A stretch of 64,000 nucleotides of DNA, from contig OX597817.1 of NCBI GenBank assembly GCA_951406725.2, forward strand, positions 27,342,001 to 27,406,000, read 5' to 3'. Below are positions 15,388 through 29,350 of this stretch, piece by piece. The position numbers and the translations under genes are program-made. A model generated the notes under the pieces. The model was not told the DNA's origin, did no database searches, and saw only the letters and a list, made by a program, of their open reading frames with translations. The stretch comes from Octopus vulgaris. Lineage: Eukaryota. How positions within the stretch are numbered: position 1 is the stretch's first letter; each line of letters starts with the position of its first letter.

Positions 15388-16672
15388 AAGGGTGGAGCAG
15401 AGAGGATGGACGTTTTTGAAATGGCTATTACTCAGCCCCATTCGGTCCGTGGTGTCTCAGCATTTTTTCTTCTTTTCAGATGAAACCATGGCGCTGTGGA
15501 TAATAGAACATCGCGTGTGTGCCTACGACTGTTACGTGAAGAATAACGAGTCTGTCACAGCAGTTCCGCGCGGGTTTCGGCACCACTGCAACATTCACCA
15601 ATCTCAGGCTATTCCCATCCGCAACACAATTTTATGTTGGGTGAATGCATTTTGTACACGAGGTACACTAATGAATAGGAGATTGGTAAGGGAACCGCGA
15701 ATGGTACGGACCCCGGAAAATGTGGAACGCTTCAGACAAGCTTTGATATGGAGTTCATGTCGCTCTGCGTGGAGGCATTTCACTGAACATAGCTTCGATA
15801 AGCGATCGGTAAGGCGTATTTCTGATGAAGACCTGCATTTCCACCACCCGTACAAATTGGTCATTGGGTAATAGTTAAAACCATGATATTATACACAGCG
15901 GCTTAACTTTGCACGTCAGAGGGAAGCAATTTTTGAGGCAAATGACAACTTCATTTTGATGAAGCTCATTTTAATCTCAATGGCATGGTGAATCAACACA
16001 ACTGTTGTTATTGAGTTCTTGAAAATCCAAGAGAACTGCACAAAAGACCACAACACAACCCAAAAGTGTGCTGTTGGAAAAGCTGCCGTCATTTGTCCTT
16101 ACATTTTTGAAGGCAATAATGAAAATGCTGTTATTGTTAACTCCGAGCGTTACATCAAGACGATAAACAACTTCTTTGTGCCTGAATTACGATAAAAACT
16201 TATGCCTATTCGACGTGTGTAGTTTTCAACAGGATGAGGTGATGGCCCACACAGCCAGAGCATCAATGGACGTTCTTCGCCCTCTCTTCGGTTACCACCT
16301 CATTTCCAGGTTTGCTGACATTTCTTGGCCCACTCGGCCCCCTACTTTGTTCGTGTGTTATTATTTCTTGTAGGGAAACCTCAAGGCACATGTGCATGCA
16401 CATAATCCCCGTACATTGGACGATTTAAAGGAAGCTATTCGATTGAAAGTTGCCCAAGTCGACAGAACAATGATGGAGAGAGTGGAAGCCAGCTTCCAAG
16501 AACGTCTTCAGAAATGCATCAGTGAAATGATGGTTGTTGTATTCTACATTTGATTTTAATAAATGCTAATTCATTCAATACGAATACATTGATGTCAATA
16601 AAATTCATTTGCAGTTAAAATTAATGATTTTGTGAAGTTTCCAAAAATGTCCGTCCTCTCTGTCTCACCCTG
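15388..16672 (+). mobile_element. Decayed Tc1/mariner DNA transposon, DD41D (rosa-like) type
   Basis: ~33-bp TIRs aagggtggagcagagaggatggacgtttttg / caaaaatgtccgtcctctctgtctcaccctg with flanking TA at 15386-87 and 16673-74; ~1.29 kb. Confidence 0.92.
15488..16550 (+). pseudogene. Disrupted transposase (N-terminal HTH, DDD domain)
   Basis: MALWIIEHRVCAYDCYVKNNESVTAV..RNTILCWV; DEAHFNLNG; FQQDEVMAHTARASM..LISRF..WPTRPPTLFVCYYFL with 41 residues between the second D and the (mutated) third D position; several stops and frameshifts. Confidence 0.88.
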
Positions 16673-19525
16673 TACTTGACTCTTATTGACAGTAGAAGGA
16701 TTACAGAAAATGTTGACTGTAGGATTTGAACTCAGAATGTAAAGGACAGGAAATAATACGGTGATAATTTTTGTCTGAAGCTCTACTAATTCTTCATTAT
16801 CATCCAATAAAATTTACAAGAATGCCCGTAGCCGAAACAAAGCTATAAATTGCAAAAAGTCGTCTATACGTTGAAATAAACTTAGATTCTGGATACTCAC
16901 TTTATCGATATCAAGAAGATGAAAGCAATGCCATTCTCGGTGGAATTTGAACTGAGAATTTACGTTGCCGTAATTAAACAGCATTTTTCTTTTAAAATTA
17001 TTTCTCAGAGCGGGATCTGAAAACTGAAAGATATCAGAGAGGAAATAGAAAGACCAGTACATTACACGAGCTTGAAGGGAAGTAATTTACAACTGTTTCA
17101 TGGGAGGAAATAAATGTTGTAGACAAAATATTTCTCCATGCAAGAATGTATATGAAAAATATTGATGTTCTTTTCTCGGTACTCTGCTAAAAATTATCAC
17201 TTGTCTGTTTCCTGAAATTCGATTTCGATTTTGGGAGACTGTTATCTATTCATCACACTTGTCTAATTTTATTTTTGTTCCATTCAAGTGTTCTGGCAGT
17301 GGAAATTTTTATTGATTTTGATGGTCCGTTTGATATACAATATAATGATGTTGCATTTTCTTTAAGTTTCATGTTCATGGTATCAGTCTTTTGACCAGCT
17401 TATCTGGTTGTCTTTCTGAAAGATGACAAATATTTACTTCCCACTGTGGGAGCCATCAAGATAGAGACGTTCGAAAACAAATACTTCAACTGTTTAATTA
17501 CGTACAGAACGATAACGAAACAAAAATCCTTAATGAAAAAGATGATATCAAATTCAAATATTAGTAATAATCGAATTGAATTTCAGCCATCTTGCTGACA
17601 GAATAACGGAAATAAAGGGAACAAATAAAAATAAAATTTCTTCAAATATCAGAAATAACATTGCACAGTCATGCAAGTAATATTTCCAAATGAATATCTG
17701 ATTTTTGTTTCAGTGATTTGTTTTGCTTAGGATTAAACAAAATCGAGGAATAAAAGTTATACAGTTTTGTAGAGCAAAATTATTGCTTGTAAGGAAAATA
17801 TTTTAATATTTTAATCACTGAAGATGAACTAGAGATTAACGTCCAAAACAACTCGTAAAGATTTCAAGCAGAGTGACAGAAATCTGCATTGTGTATTAAT
17901 ATTTCAGAAATGTGAAGGAAAGCGGCTTATATTAAGATATTATGTGTATGTGCATCGTGTAAATGTGTATGGTGCATTCTACATTTAGGTATCTCATTTC
18001 TAAGCAGTCAGCGGGAAAGAGATAAAGCATTAAAGTACGTGAATATTTCGACGTGCTTTCATTGTTACTATGACCACAGTCAAGAACTGTGTTTATGTTT
18101 TTAAATTGAGTGACAACCTCATTGTGATTTCTATAGCGGATCGAACAACACTAATATCTCCTCTGGTGTACACAGAGGAAAAGTATGTGCTTACTCATAA
18201 TTAACGCTTTTTTAGGTATTAGTCCATACATAGTAATTGATATCTTCATGTACAAGAAATAAATGTGACTTTTATTTGCGCAAGTAGTCTCTTGTTTCAT
18301 AGTAAACGTAATTTTAATGTGTACCGAGAAAGTTCGCATCATCATTAGAAGTATATTCTCTACACCCTTTCTTATTTCTCACGACATACAACGATATTAG
18401 CTGGCTTACAGCATAACGAAACTTATTCCTTTTATATACAACGTCCGCATTGTAAATCTCGTTGACGTTGCCATAGATTTACGTACAAAGCTGTATCATA
18501 AACGAAATGAAAACTACAATGTATAAAAAGCAGTCCTTATCATTATCTAAAACTCTAGTCAGCAAAAGTGGTTGGTGGATATCTGAACTTTCATGTTACA
18601 AAGAAATCTTAAAGTGGAGTCTTATTACAATAACCCTCTAGTTCCCATTGAATTGTGCAATTATTTTCATCCTACTACCCGACTTCAAATAATAAGAATA
18701 AACCTGGCAAGATTATTCTGAATCATAGCCTCATTTTCCTACAAGTGTTGAGCCAAATATCGCCAGAAATTTCAAAAGCCTGCTAGTTAAATATTTTCTC
18801 ATTAATACGCACAACAAAAAACTACTCAACAAGAATGCTTTTAAAGTGAGTTGCAGATGTATCATAAACAGGAAAGCTAATACTGCGTGCAGGCCTACAC
18901 AATCAAAGGCTAAATTCACAAGGGTAAATATCAATATATGATTATTTGACCGTGTCACACAATGTGCACTATATTGGCAGTCGTTGAACTTGAACGATTG
19001 CAGAATAGTACATGTCACACTATACAAACCGTCCAATTTCGTGGATACTCATGAGAAATTGGCGAAATTTTATATGCCTCCGAGTTGATGAAACAATACG
19101 TACAATTAATATTTCTTAATGGGATTTAATAGATTTGTTCCGGAAGATAATATATCTAACAAATATTTGCTTCTAAATTGACTTAAGTCAACAACCAAGA
19201 GTAAATATATATTTAAAAGTTTCGACTTGTAATATGATATGCCATGAAATATTTTGGGGTAATTGCATTGGAATGTGCGTTGGTTCTCCAAATATGACTC
19301 GTGTTTTCAAGGGCTTTATAACATTTGTAAGAATTATGCACCACATATAGCTACAATTCATTGTTTTATTCAACTCCTGATTCTAGTAACTAAGAATGTG
19401 TGAGGTTAACTAACATTTTCAATTGAGAACAAGAGGAAAAACAAGTCTCTGAGACGCCTTAACTTTGCACAGCTCTACTATACTAATGTAAGGTGGTTGT
19501 TCCGAGGTAACGTTCTACTACGTAA

Positions 19526-19715
19526 TTCTTTTCTACAATAGGCACAAAGCCTGAAATTTTGTGGGAGGTGGCAACTCGATTACATGGACTCCAGTTCTTA
19601 TTTCATTGACCCCGAAAGGAAGAAAGATAAAGGCAACCTCGGCAGAATTTGAGTTCAGAATGTAGGGACTGACGAAAGTATTTTGCCTAGGGTACTAACG
19701 ATTTCACCAGGTCGC
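19526..19715 (-). mobile_element. Degenerate SINE family A' (A head, alternative tail)
   Basis: taggcacaaagcctgaaatttt...gaccccgaaagga...ctcggcagaatttgagttcagaa. Confidence 0.7.
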
Positions 19716-20633
19716 TAACGAAGTGGGGCTCTTATTTCGACTCAGTCTTTAATGAGTATTGATGGCTCTATGTTAAACAAAGCTAGACTGTTTAGTTGAG
19801 AGAAAGCGAGGTAAAGTTGCTGATAACTTTTCTAGCTATAACGGACATCTTTTCCTCGCTTTACAAGTGAGAAATGTACTCCTAAACCTGCTATACTGGG
19901 ATGTGTGAAAAATCACTGGCAAACTTTTCAATTTGTTTGAATCGGCATTCTTCAATTTTTCACGGTACATTGTACGACTGAAAACAAAATCTATATCTTA
20001 GACATTGTTGAAATAGAAAATTTCGAAAGTCAAGTACCAAAAGAAATTATGCATTGAAAATACAGTCGCAATCTTACGATAAAGTTGTAATAATTCTACC
20101 TCGATAGTGCTTGGATCTCCATTAGAAAATGTTTAACTGCGGTTGTAAAAGAAAGCAATCATAGTTTTGCACCTGTTCTCAGATTTCTGAATCACTTAGC
20201 AGAGTTTCCGAGCCTTCAGAGTAATAAAAATGAAACGAAAGCAAAAACTAGAATCCAGTGTTTTTGCCAAGGGTCCGACCTCAGAACGCTGTATTTTGGC
20301 AAAATATCAGCGACATGTTTTTTCACTAATAGTATCAAATAGTATCAGTTATGTTCTTCGTTTGTTTGTGTTTATTATTCATTAAAGTTACAACAGCTTA
20401 ACATGTAATAATATTTATTTTATAATGTATACAAGTGATTTGTTGGCATAAAAGCAAGAATATATTCCTGTTTCCCGTTGTGACCACTACTTTATTTACA
20501 TTTGCAATAGAAATAGTTTTCCAATGAATCTGACGAAGATAGATGGAAAAGAAATAGGGTACACTCCTAAGATTTTGTACTTCATTTTGCTACGAAAAGC
20601 AGAGGTTGTGAACCCGTATTATAGATGCTAAAG

Positions 20634-20693
<60 letters not shown>

Positions 20694-20865
20694 AATATTA
20701 GGGAATAAATCCAAATTTACAGGGAAAAAATCAGATTTAGGATTAAATCCAATTTTATAGTAAAATATTATATAATATTATTAGAGACAAAACCACTATT
20801 TTGCAAAACAAACAAGGAAAGACTTAATCAATACATAAAATTTTAATAAAAAGTCAAAAAAACCG

Positions 20866-20908
20866 CCACTACAATTGTTTCTTGTCCTGATCGACAATCT
20901 TCAGGTGG
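20866..20908 (-). ncRNA. Minimal type-I hammerhead ribozyme motif (mirror copy)
   Basis: Exact reverse complement of 20955-20997. Confidence 0.8.
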
Positions 20909-20954
20909 ACTTCCAATAAGTCAGTTTCAAATTTGAAACTGACTTATTGGAAGT

Positions 20955-20997
20955 CCACCTGAAGATTGTCGATCAGGACAAGAAACAATTGTAGTGG
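20955..20997 (+). ncRNA. Minimal type-I hammerhead ribozyme motif, canonical core
   Basis: ccac CUGAAGA uuguc-gaucag-gacaa GAAA CAAUUGUA gugg; stem III palindromic ACAAUUGU; GUA triplet. Confidence 0.8.
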
Positions 20998-21094
20998 CGG
21001 TTTTTTTGACTTTTTATTAAAATTTTATGTATTGATTAAGTCTTTCCTTGTTTGTTTTGCAAAATAGTGGTTTTGTCTCTAATATAATATATTA

Positions 21095-21157
<63 letters not shown>

Positions 21158-22436
21158 GAGTTAGAAATGATTTCACCAATAATAACGGATAAATGCCAGT
21201 GCCTCTCGTGAAAATAATTTGTATGTTCTCGTGGAATTCATGCTAAAGGCACAAGTTGTTCTTTTAGGATATTGGGAAGAAATTGATTTAATATTTACTA
21301 ATGTTGTAGCTGTGTAATCCCAATCGCAATACGAAGCGCCAGTATTTCACATTTTTGTATCCAATATGATGTTTCACTTATTGAGTTATATATTTTGGTG
21401 TATACGATATGAACCACCTGACACTCTTATATTTGTACAAAAAAAAAAGCCTGATTTAAATCATATTTTTCACATAACTGAGCAGTGTCAACGTGAATAT
21501 AACTATTACTGACATTTTATAACTAGTAATTTCACTACAACATTCAGTGATACACGTTACAACGATTTTTTTTATGATTGCATTTTTTGCTTTTTTGTTT
21601 TTGTTTTTGTTTTTGTATTTGTAGACCAGCCAAGTAGAGAGTAATTTCCTTTACATTTTTTCAGTTTCTGAACACATTAAATCGTGCGACTGATCAAAAG
21701 AAAATTATAAGGTTATAGAAACAATTTAATAGTGCCTTCCCGCTTCTGTAGCCTTAATACGGTTTTTACGCAACACTTAATATAGAATTCCCCTGTGTGT
21801 GGCGAAATAACAATAACTTTGTAGGAAAGGACACGCTATTTAGAAAACTACATTGTCAATTGATAGGGAAGCGAAACAAATATTTTGAAATATAATGGTT
21901 GGTTATTCCTTTTCGGAGTTCGAACCGAAGTTCGATAAATTTGGTTTTCTCTTTCCGATATTTTTATAATATGTTTGCTATAATATAAAAACGCGTATGT
22001 TAAACTTCGTATTTTTTAACCAACAGACACTATGAACTATATTATTTTCCGCTTTATAATGTTGGGTACTTCATTCACGAAAATACTACGCACAAATACG
22101 CGTGTAGATATATACTCCTACACATATACACACAATGTTTGCGTAACAGAAATATTTGCTTTGACATTGAATTCATAAATTCTCATAATATATTTATCAT
22201 AATTTATCAACAACCAAATTGGTTTAAATAATTATTTAGTAATTTTCCAATTTAGATTTCAAAATATTCTTAATTAATCAATTAATTTTATCATTTTTAT
22301 TTCCCTGTTCAGTTTGTCAATGTTAACACCATATCATATTTCAAAGAAACCTAAACGCAAATAAACAGCTTCAAATTTATACAATGTGGTTGCATAAGCA
22401 CTCGAATATTCTGAGTGATAAAAAAAAAAAAAAAAA

Positions 22437-22498
22437 TGTGGTGCCCCAGCATGGCCGTGGCCTTCGGGTTAAAACATTTTTAAGGATTTAAGGATTTA
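22437..22498 (+). mobile_element. Isolated LINE/SINE 3' tail fragment
   Basis: ggtgccccagcatggccg resembles the family-B tail; ends in (ttaaggat)n. Confidence 0.6.
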
Positions 22499-22515
22499 CG
22501 CGGGACTAGTACAAA

Positions 22516-22561
<46 letters not shown>

Positions 22562-22867
22562 CTCTCTCTCTTTTGTTGTGCTACAATTGCTACTTGTACC
22601 GGTTGAAAAGCACAGTACGGATGTTGACTGATTTTCCAAAACGTTCGGAATCCGCTAGAGGGAGATTGTGGGCAAACATGGTGTTCTTTTACACTTTTTG
22701 CCACAAGAGAGAAATTTTCTAAGTGAATTTGCCTTAAAAAATTAAAATATGTCACAAACATATTTTAAGTAACCTGAAGTTCGCTTATGCTTAATCATTG
22801 CTTGGCACTAATGCTGTTTGATATACATACATACATATGCTTATATATGCATGTGTGTATATATATG

Positions 22868-22937
<70 letters not shown>

Positions 22938-22940
<3 letters not shown>

Positions 22941-23116
22941 ACCGTTGGCGATTTTTTTTCCTCTGTCTTCCCTTCTCTGGATCTTTCCTTCTGCTATGTT
23001 TCCGACGAAGAGCTCCGCTCGAAACGTTAAACCCTCCTTCTTTCCTTCTTTCCTGAGCGTCCAATAATACTATATTTGTTCCACGTCCTTGCGTTGTTGT
23101 GTTTTCTTGTTTGGAT

Positions 23117-23121
<5 letters not shown>
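22938..23121 (+). mobile_element. Short Penelope-type terminal-repeat element (family E) ending at (TA)n
   Basis: High identity to 49432-49622; contains HHR-like fold; both copies end ...gtttggattaacta(TA)n. Confidence 0.8.
22998..23032 (+). ncRNA. Hammerhead-like motif, CCGACGA core
   Basis: guuu CCGACGA A gagc-ucc-gcuc GAAA CGUU aaac. Confidence 0.62.
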
Positions 23122-23173
<52 letters not shown>

Positions 23174-23240
23174 TCATATAAATATACACGCATACATATG
23201 TACATATATACATATATAATAGATATACATACATACATAG

Positions 23241-23272
<32 letters not shown>

Positions 23273-23719
23273 GCATATATGGGTACAGGACATTACAAAC
23301 CGTAAACAACATGAAATACGAAAACAAATGAGCTGAAAACGCAAACAACGAGAGAGACAAATGGAAAACAGGACAAGTCACATAAAGAACGGCTCTTCAT
23401 CAGTTGTCGGCTGTCCATCTACTCCTCATTTCGAGTATTGAACGACAATATGAGTCTTCGAAGGCAGTTGCTCCTACAAAAGCTAAAATAAAATTTCTGA
23501 TTTATGGAGGGTCAAAGTTGGTAACAAAAACAGGATTGCGAAAACATACAAAGAAAACCGAACGAAAACAAACATGGAGGGTCGCTAGACCAGACGATAG
23601 TAAAACAGCGAACGGTGGAGAAATATTTTCTTTGACAAGAGAAAAGATAGAAGAGAGAGAGAGATAGATAGGATACGTGCAGTCTTTGTGCACGTAGTAA
23701 CAACAGCAAGATTTTACAA

Positions 23720-23734
23720 CTGCTGCTGCTGCTG

Positions 23735-23821
<87 letters not shown>

Positions 23822-23852
23822 TATAATAATAATAATAATAACATCAATAATA
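23720..23852. repeat. Compound trinucleotide repeat (CTG)n(CTA)n(AAT)n
   Basis: Direct reading. Confidence 0.95.
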
Positions 23853-24975
23853 ATCTTGATACGATAACTTTATGTGAATGCATCCTTTGGCATAAATAGA
23901 TGAAAATGTCTGTGTGTGCGTGCGTATATATATATATATATATATACTCACATACATACATACATACATATATATAAAGAGAAAGTTGGAGAAGGAGAAG
24001 TAAAGAAAGATATGTGTATATGTGTATGACTGCGCGCATGTACATGTATGTGTATGTGTGTGTGTGTTATACATGACATTGCGCATAATCATTTTAATTA
24101 TACGACTGCATTGGCGCACATAAAACTGCGGCTGCAGTTGTGTTTGATGCAATATTTATTGAAGTAAGTAAAATAAATGATCGCTTTCTTTTTTATCTTT
24201 AAAATTAACCATATATACAGTTATTTTAAATGTAAAGGAAAACCAATCATCATACCAATTTATGGTGAACTTCAATAGTAAAATATTAACCAAATAAATC
24301 TATATTGCTTTAATTACATAACTTTGAAATTTAGTCGCAGGCATCGAATATAGTTGCTTTAATTTTACTTCTTGACCGACTATTTCTCCTGAAGCTGTGT
24401 TGCATACGACTCGGTTAGACATTAATTTGAAAGGCGTCTTATTTTGGTCTTTATAGTTGTCTCGAGATTTGAAGATTTTATCATTCCATTACAATGCCCT
24501 ACAACTTAGGGACAAACATCTTCTTGTTTTGTTGAGTTCATTGACAATTTTCAGTCTTTGAAGAAATCTAAAGTAAGGATAACAACTTGCTTTTAATTTA
24601 ATTATGCCCTTCCCTACGAATTGCTATTGATGGCCGCACGCTAATATAATATAGGATATACTTTGAGAAGTTATTTGTAAATACCTATTATATGTATGTA
24701 GATATTTCAAGGGCACAAGATATAAAATTTTCGTCATGCTTCAGCATAGCCGCAGTCAAATAACCGAAAAAAGGAAAACGATACTTTTCTCTTTTTCTCT
24801 TTCTATTTGTTGTCTATGACTAAGTTCCTTCGAAGGTCAACTCAACGTAAAGCAGCAAGTATATTTGCGCCAGAATTTTCCAGAGCAAGTGAACAAGAAC
24901 AGTATAAAACAAACTAGAATTTCTCTAAATCATGTACATTTATAATTTAAGTTCAGGTGGGTGTAAATAAGATAT

Positions 24976-25179
24976 TCTTTTCTTCTTTTATTGGTTTCAG
25001 TCATTTGACTGCGGCCACGCTGGAACACCGCCCTTAATCAAACAAATCGCCCCTAAGACTTATTCTTTGTAAGCCTAGTACTTATTCTATCGGTCTCTTT
25101 TGCCGAACCGCTAGGTTGACACCAATATAGGTTGTCAAGCGATGGTGGTATGGACAAACACATACACACAAACATATGT

Positions 25180-25227
<48 letters not shown>

Positions 25228-25406
25228 GTACATATATATATACGACGGGATTCTTTTAAGTTTCCGTCTACCAAATCCACTCACAAGGCTTTGGTCGACC
25301 CGAGGCTATAGTAGAAGGTACTTGCCCAAGGTGCCACGCAGTGGGATTTAACCAAGAACCATGTGGCTAGGAAGCAAGCTTCTTACCACGCAACCACACC
25401 TGCACC
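24976..25406 (-). mobile_element. SINE family B
   Basis: Same head, body and tail as other B copies; expanded internal (CA)n. Confidence 0.9.
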
Positions 25407-25610
25407 CAATATGTTTTTGATTATTAGTGATATTCTTGTACTCACCTTAATTAATCCGACAGGAATATAAGCGCAGTTCTCCATATAACGGCGTTTCTAA
25501 TATATGCAGGGAAATTATTTTTAGTAATGAACACCAGTCTGTACAAACTATCATGAAGGAACTGCTGAGAAACGTTTAAGAAAGAAAAAAATATTACAAC
25601 TACAAAAATA

Positions 25611-25962
25611 CATGCTGGAGCACCACCTTTGGTCGAGCAAATCGACCCCAAGACTTATTTTTTGTAAGCCTGGTACTTATTATATTGGTCTCTTTTGCCG
25701 AACCGCTAATTACGGTTGTCAAGTGATGTTGGGGGGGGGGGCTCCAAACACAAACGCACAAACATATATATACACACACATACAGATATATATACATATA
25801 TACGACGGGCTTCTTTAAGTTTCCGCCTACCAAATCCACTCACAAGTCTTTGGTCGGCCCGAGGCTATAGTAGAAGACACTTACCCAAGGTGCCACGCAG
25901 GGGGAATGAACCCGGAACTATGTGGTTGGTAAGCAAGCTACTTACCACACAGCCACTCCTGT
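25611..25962 (-). mobile_element. SINE family B (3'-truncated)
   Basis: catgctggagcaccacc...cttaccacacagccactcctg. Confidence 0.9.
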
Positions 25963-26015
25963 GAGTATAGAAATGAAGATTAACCTGAATATATTAGCAT
26001 GTTGACGATATGAAT

Positions 26016-26283
26016 ACTGGTTTCAAAATTTGGCACAAGGCCAGCAATTTCGGGGGAGCGGTTAAGTGAAGTACATCATTTCTACTGGAAGCACAAGGCT
26101 TCAAATTTGGGGGAAGGAATAAAAATCGATTACATCAACCCCAGTGCGTAATTGCTCTTTATTTTATCGACCCCGAGAGGATGAAAGGCAAAGTCAACCT
26201 CGGTGAAATTTGAACTCAGATGATGGACAAAATGATGCAAAGCATTTTGTTCGACGTACAAATGATCCTGCCAGTTCACCACC
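26016..26283 (-). mobile_element. Degenerate SINE family A' with duplicated tail segment
   Basis: tggcacaaggccagcaatttcgggg then gcacaaggcttcaaatttgggg...ttttatcgaccccgagaggatgaaaggcaaagtc. Confidence 0.75.
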
Positions 26284-28325
26284 TTATTACTGACATTAAT
26301 GATAATAGTAATAATTCCTCGTCTCAGAAATTCAGACAATACACACACAGACATCTGTCAACGTGATTGTCTTTCTATCCCACAATTAGGTCCTTTAACA
26401 TCGGTTATAGGTAGTTTTCTCTTTGTGCAGCAAGATGCATCATTATCAACATATTTGTCGGACGGTTTGTTCATCTAACTAACAATCTGCCAGCTTGACT
26501 TGGTAAATATCTCATCCTATATATTTGTATGTATCGGTATTTGCTAGACTGTCCATATGTACAAACAAAAGTGAAAACTTGTTAAAACACTTGCCCATGA
26601 GCGATACTGTCACCAATTACTCGTCCGAATTGCACTAGTTTTCATAAATCAACACTTTGAAGATGAGAAAGCGATGTCAAACAAACCTACCATTAGTAAT
26701 TGATAAATCGACACAATTTATTGAATCTCTTTTGATGCGATACTAATTCTGTTATCTCAGTTTGCTATTGTTATAATTGTATTATATTTCTTCGTCATTT
26801 TGGTAGTTTGACATGAATAATAGTTTCGGGTACAATTTTGAATTATTTATCTTGGATCTAATTTACAGGAACAGGTTTGTGAAGTAATTTTTAACTTAGT
26901 TGACTGATTTGTCTGAGACAATTTCTAGAACCGATATGATTACATAACAGTAATCGCTCTCTTGAGATTATCTTCGTTCTGGTTGAAGCGCCAGCACAGA
27001 AATGCTAAGCCAATTATTTCTTTTATTGTAGTAAGAGATTTGTTATTTAGACGTGGTTGCCATCTCTTACAATAAAATCTTCTTTGCAGATTATGTCAGC
27101 ATAACATCAAGTTAATATATTTCTCTTTTTTAAAGCATAGTAAAAGAAAATACTCTTTCGTTTACTCAAAATTAGATATAAAATTAATTGCAGTAGAGAT
27201 GCTAGTTAAAGTTAAAGCGAGGCATTTAGTGAATTAAAATGCTATTGTAGATTAATTTGAGAATAATCAACAATAACATCAACAACTACGCATGTATGTG
27301 GACCCTGATCGAGATCCATCAAAATGCATTCAATAATGCTAATTGTGCCATGAACAGCTGACTATAGAGCTCACAAGACAAAACTGAAAGCAATGAAACA
27401 TTTTGGGAAGTTACATAACGCTTCGATGCTTAACTTGTCAAGATTCTTTACAAAATTAGATAAAAGAATAATAATATTAATATTGCATAGATCACTTAAG
27501 ATTTAGAAATATATTTTAAGTTCATTTTACCATACTTCTATTACACTATATACGCGCTGGATATTAAAATGAATTGTGTGATATCAACCGTCTTCGAAGT
27601 ATTTAGGTAATCATATATTTTATGAAGTGCTTAATCATGCTTAGATATTAAATAGCTTGAAAACATAAGAAGAAAACCATTGCATATTAACAATAAATGA
27701 ATAATTAAAAGTGCTGCATCATAGCCATTTGCAACATTTACGAAATATTTATTTTTATGTGTATGTATATACGAACATTCAGCTTTCTATTTGCGCATGA
27801 TTCTAAAGAAAATCTATTGAAGTGCAAAAGGGAACTAACTAAATTTTTGTAAATTTATATCTGATGGAGACATGTTGTTAGTCTGCTTTGCCAATGAAAT
27901 TAGCAATTTTGATCAAATTTCATTAACATGCGATTTATTTCGTCGTAAGAAAGCGACGTATAGATCACACCAATACTGAAAAAAATAACTGTCGTAATAG
28001 ATCCTTTTGAATAAGCGTATTCAAAAGAGTGAAACCACATTGAATAGCATATACGAAAGCTAACTTCAAATAATCAACATCCATTGTTCAATGATATATA
28101 TCATAGGAATTTTCCTTACATCAATTTAAATAAAATGCTTCCATAAATTAACCGCAATTAAATGATCGAGCAGTTGTAGTGGGAGGGGGGATAGAAATGA
28201 TGTTTCACGGAATCTTCTTTATTTGGACATGAATACTGAGTTCAAATCCAACTAATTCCGGGTGCCTCTTTCTTCTCCCCGCCCCAATGGTCGCTGATTG
28301 ATCGATCAGGTCTATGGTCTTAATC

Positions 28326-28556
28326 TATTTCTTTACTACCTACAAGGGGCTAAACACAGAGGGGACAGACAAGGACAGACAAAGGGATTAAGTCGACTAC
28401 ATCGACCCTAGTGCGTAACTGGTACTTAATTTATCGACCCCGAAAGGATGAAAGGCAAAGTAGACCTCGGCGGAATTTGAACTCAGAACGTAACGACAGA
28501 CGAAATACGGCTACGAATTTCGCCCGGCGTGCTAACGTTTCTACCAGCTCGCCGCC
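28326..28556 (-). mobile_element. SINE family A, full length
   Basis: Reverse complement of the 2462 copy; near-TSD atggtct(t)aatc at 28314-28325 and 28560-28570. Confidence 0.92.
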
Positions 28557-29028
28557 TTAATGGTCTAATCAATGGGGATTCAGCCTTTCCTATACAGTCA
28601 TTTATAGGCTGAATCCATTCACGAGCATATTATGCATAACCATTTTCAAAGATGGCAGGCTGCAGAGTGAGTAATATTTGACTTGTAACAAGTCAGATTA
28701 CAATGAAGAGGTTGTTTTTGCTTTTGGTGTGACGATCAGAGATTACTACCAATAATGAACTGAGATATTATACTGCTGTTAACGATAATAAACTGACATA
28801 TTATAGTAAATTATTTCTCCCTTATGAAAATGAACAAACAACAAATTGATATCTGATTAAATTCAATCACAAAAGTTAATCGCGAAAAAGTATCAACCTC
28901 ATTTCCTTAGCTTGTCTACCGCAAATGAGGTTGTCATTTTATTTTCATGGATAGAACTATAATGTTTTATACACTATTACAGTTCTAGACTCGACACTAC
29001 CCTCTTTAATATTAAACATCCAGGTAAT

Positions 29029-29190
29029 ATTGGTTTCAAATTTTGGCACAAGACCAGTAATTTCGGGAGAGAGGATACGTAGATTACATCAACCTCATTG
29101 CTCAACCGGTAGTTATTTTATCGATCCCGAAAGGATGGAAGGCAAAGTCGAACTGGACGGAATTTGAACTCAGAACTTGAAAACAGACGA
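29029..29190 (-). mobile_element. SINE family A' fragment
   Basis: attggtttcaaattttggcacaag...atcccgaaaggatggaaggcaaagtcg...gaatttgaactcagaac. Confidence 0.75.
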
Positions 29191-29350
29191 ACAACTAGGC
29201 AATATTAACATTTAACCACATGGCACTTTTATCGTGAACAACGTTAATCTTCAATTTGAATTGTAACACGAGTTTTATTGATGTATGACTAAGTGGGGGT
29301 GGATTATTAAAGAGGCAGATATAACAATTTGCATATTTTGGTGTGGTATA

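Larger units (their letters stand above)
20779..21084. repeat. 306-bp perfect palindrome, no spacer, centre 20931/20932, between two (TA)n tracts
   Basis: tattagagacaaaacc...gtcagtttcaaa|tttgaaactgac...ggttttgtctctaata; (TA)n at ~20637-20692 and ~21085-21154. Confidence 0.97.

Noticed and set aside
17813-17863. CTGAAGA-tgaac...gtcca-AAAC, possible decayed hammerhead
   Set aside because: G12 missing, stem II mismatched and stem III not palindromic; at best a fossil, not counted
23385-23470. Minus-strand GAAA...CTGATGA arrangement in a TA-adjacent element
   Set aside because: Could not build consistent stems I-III in any hammerhead topology
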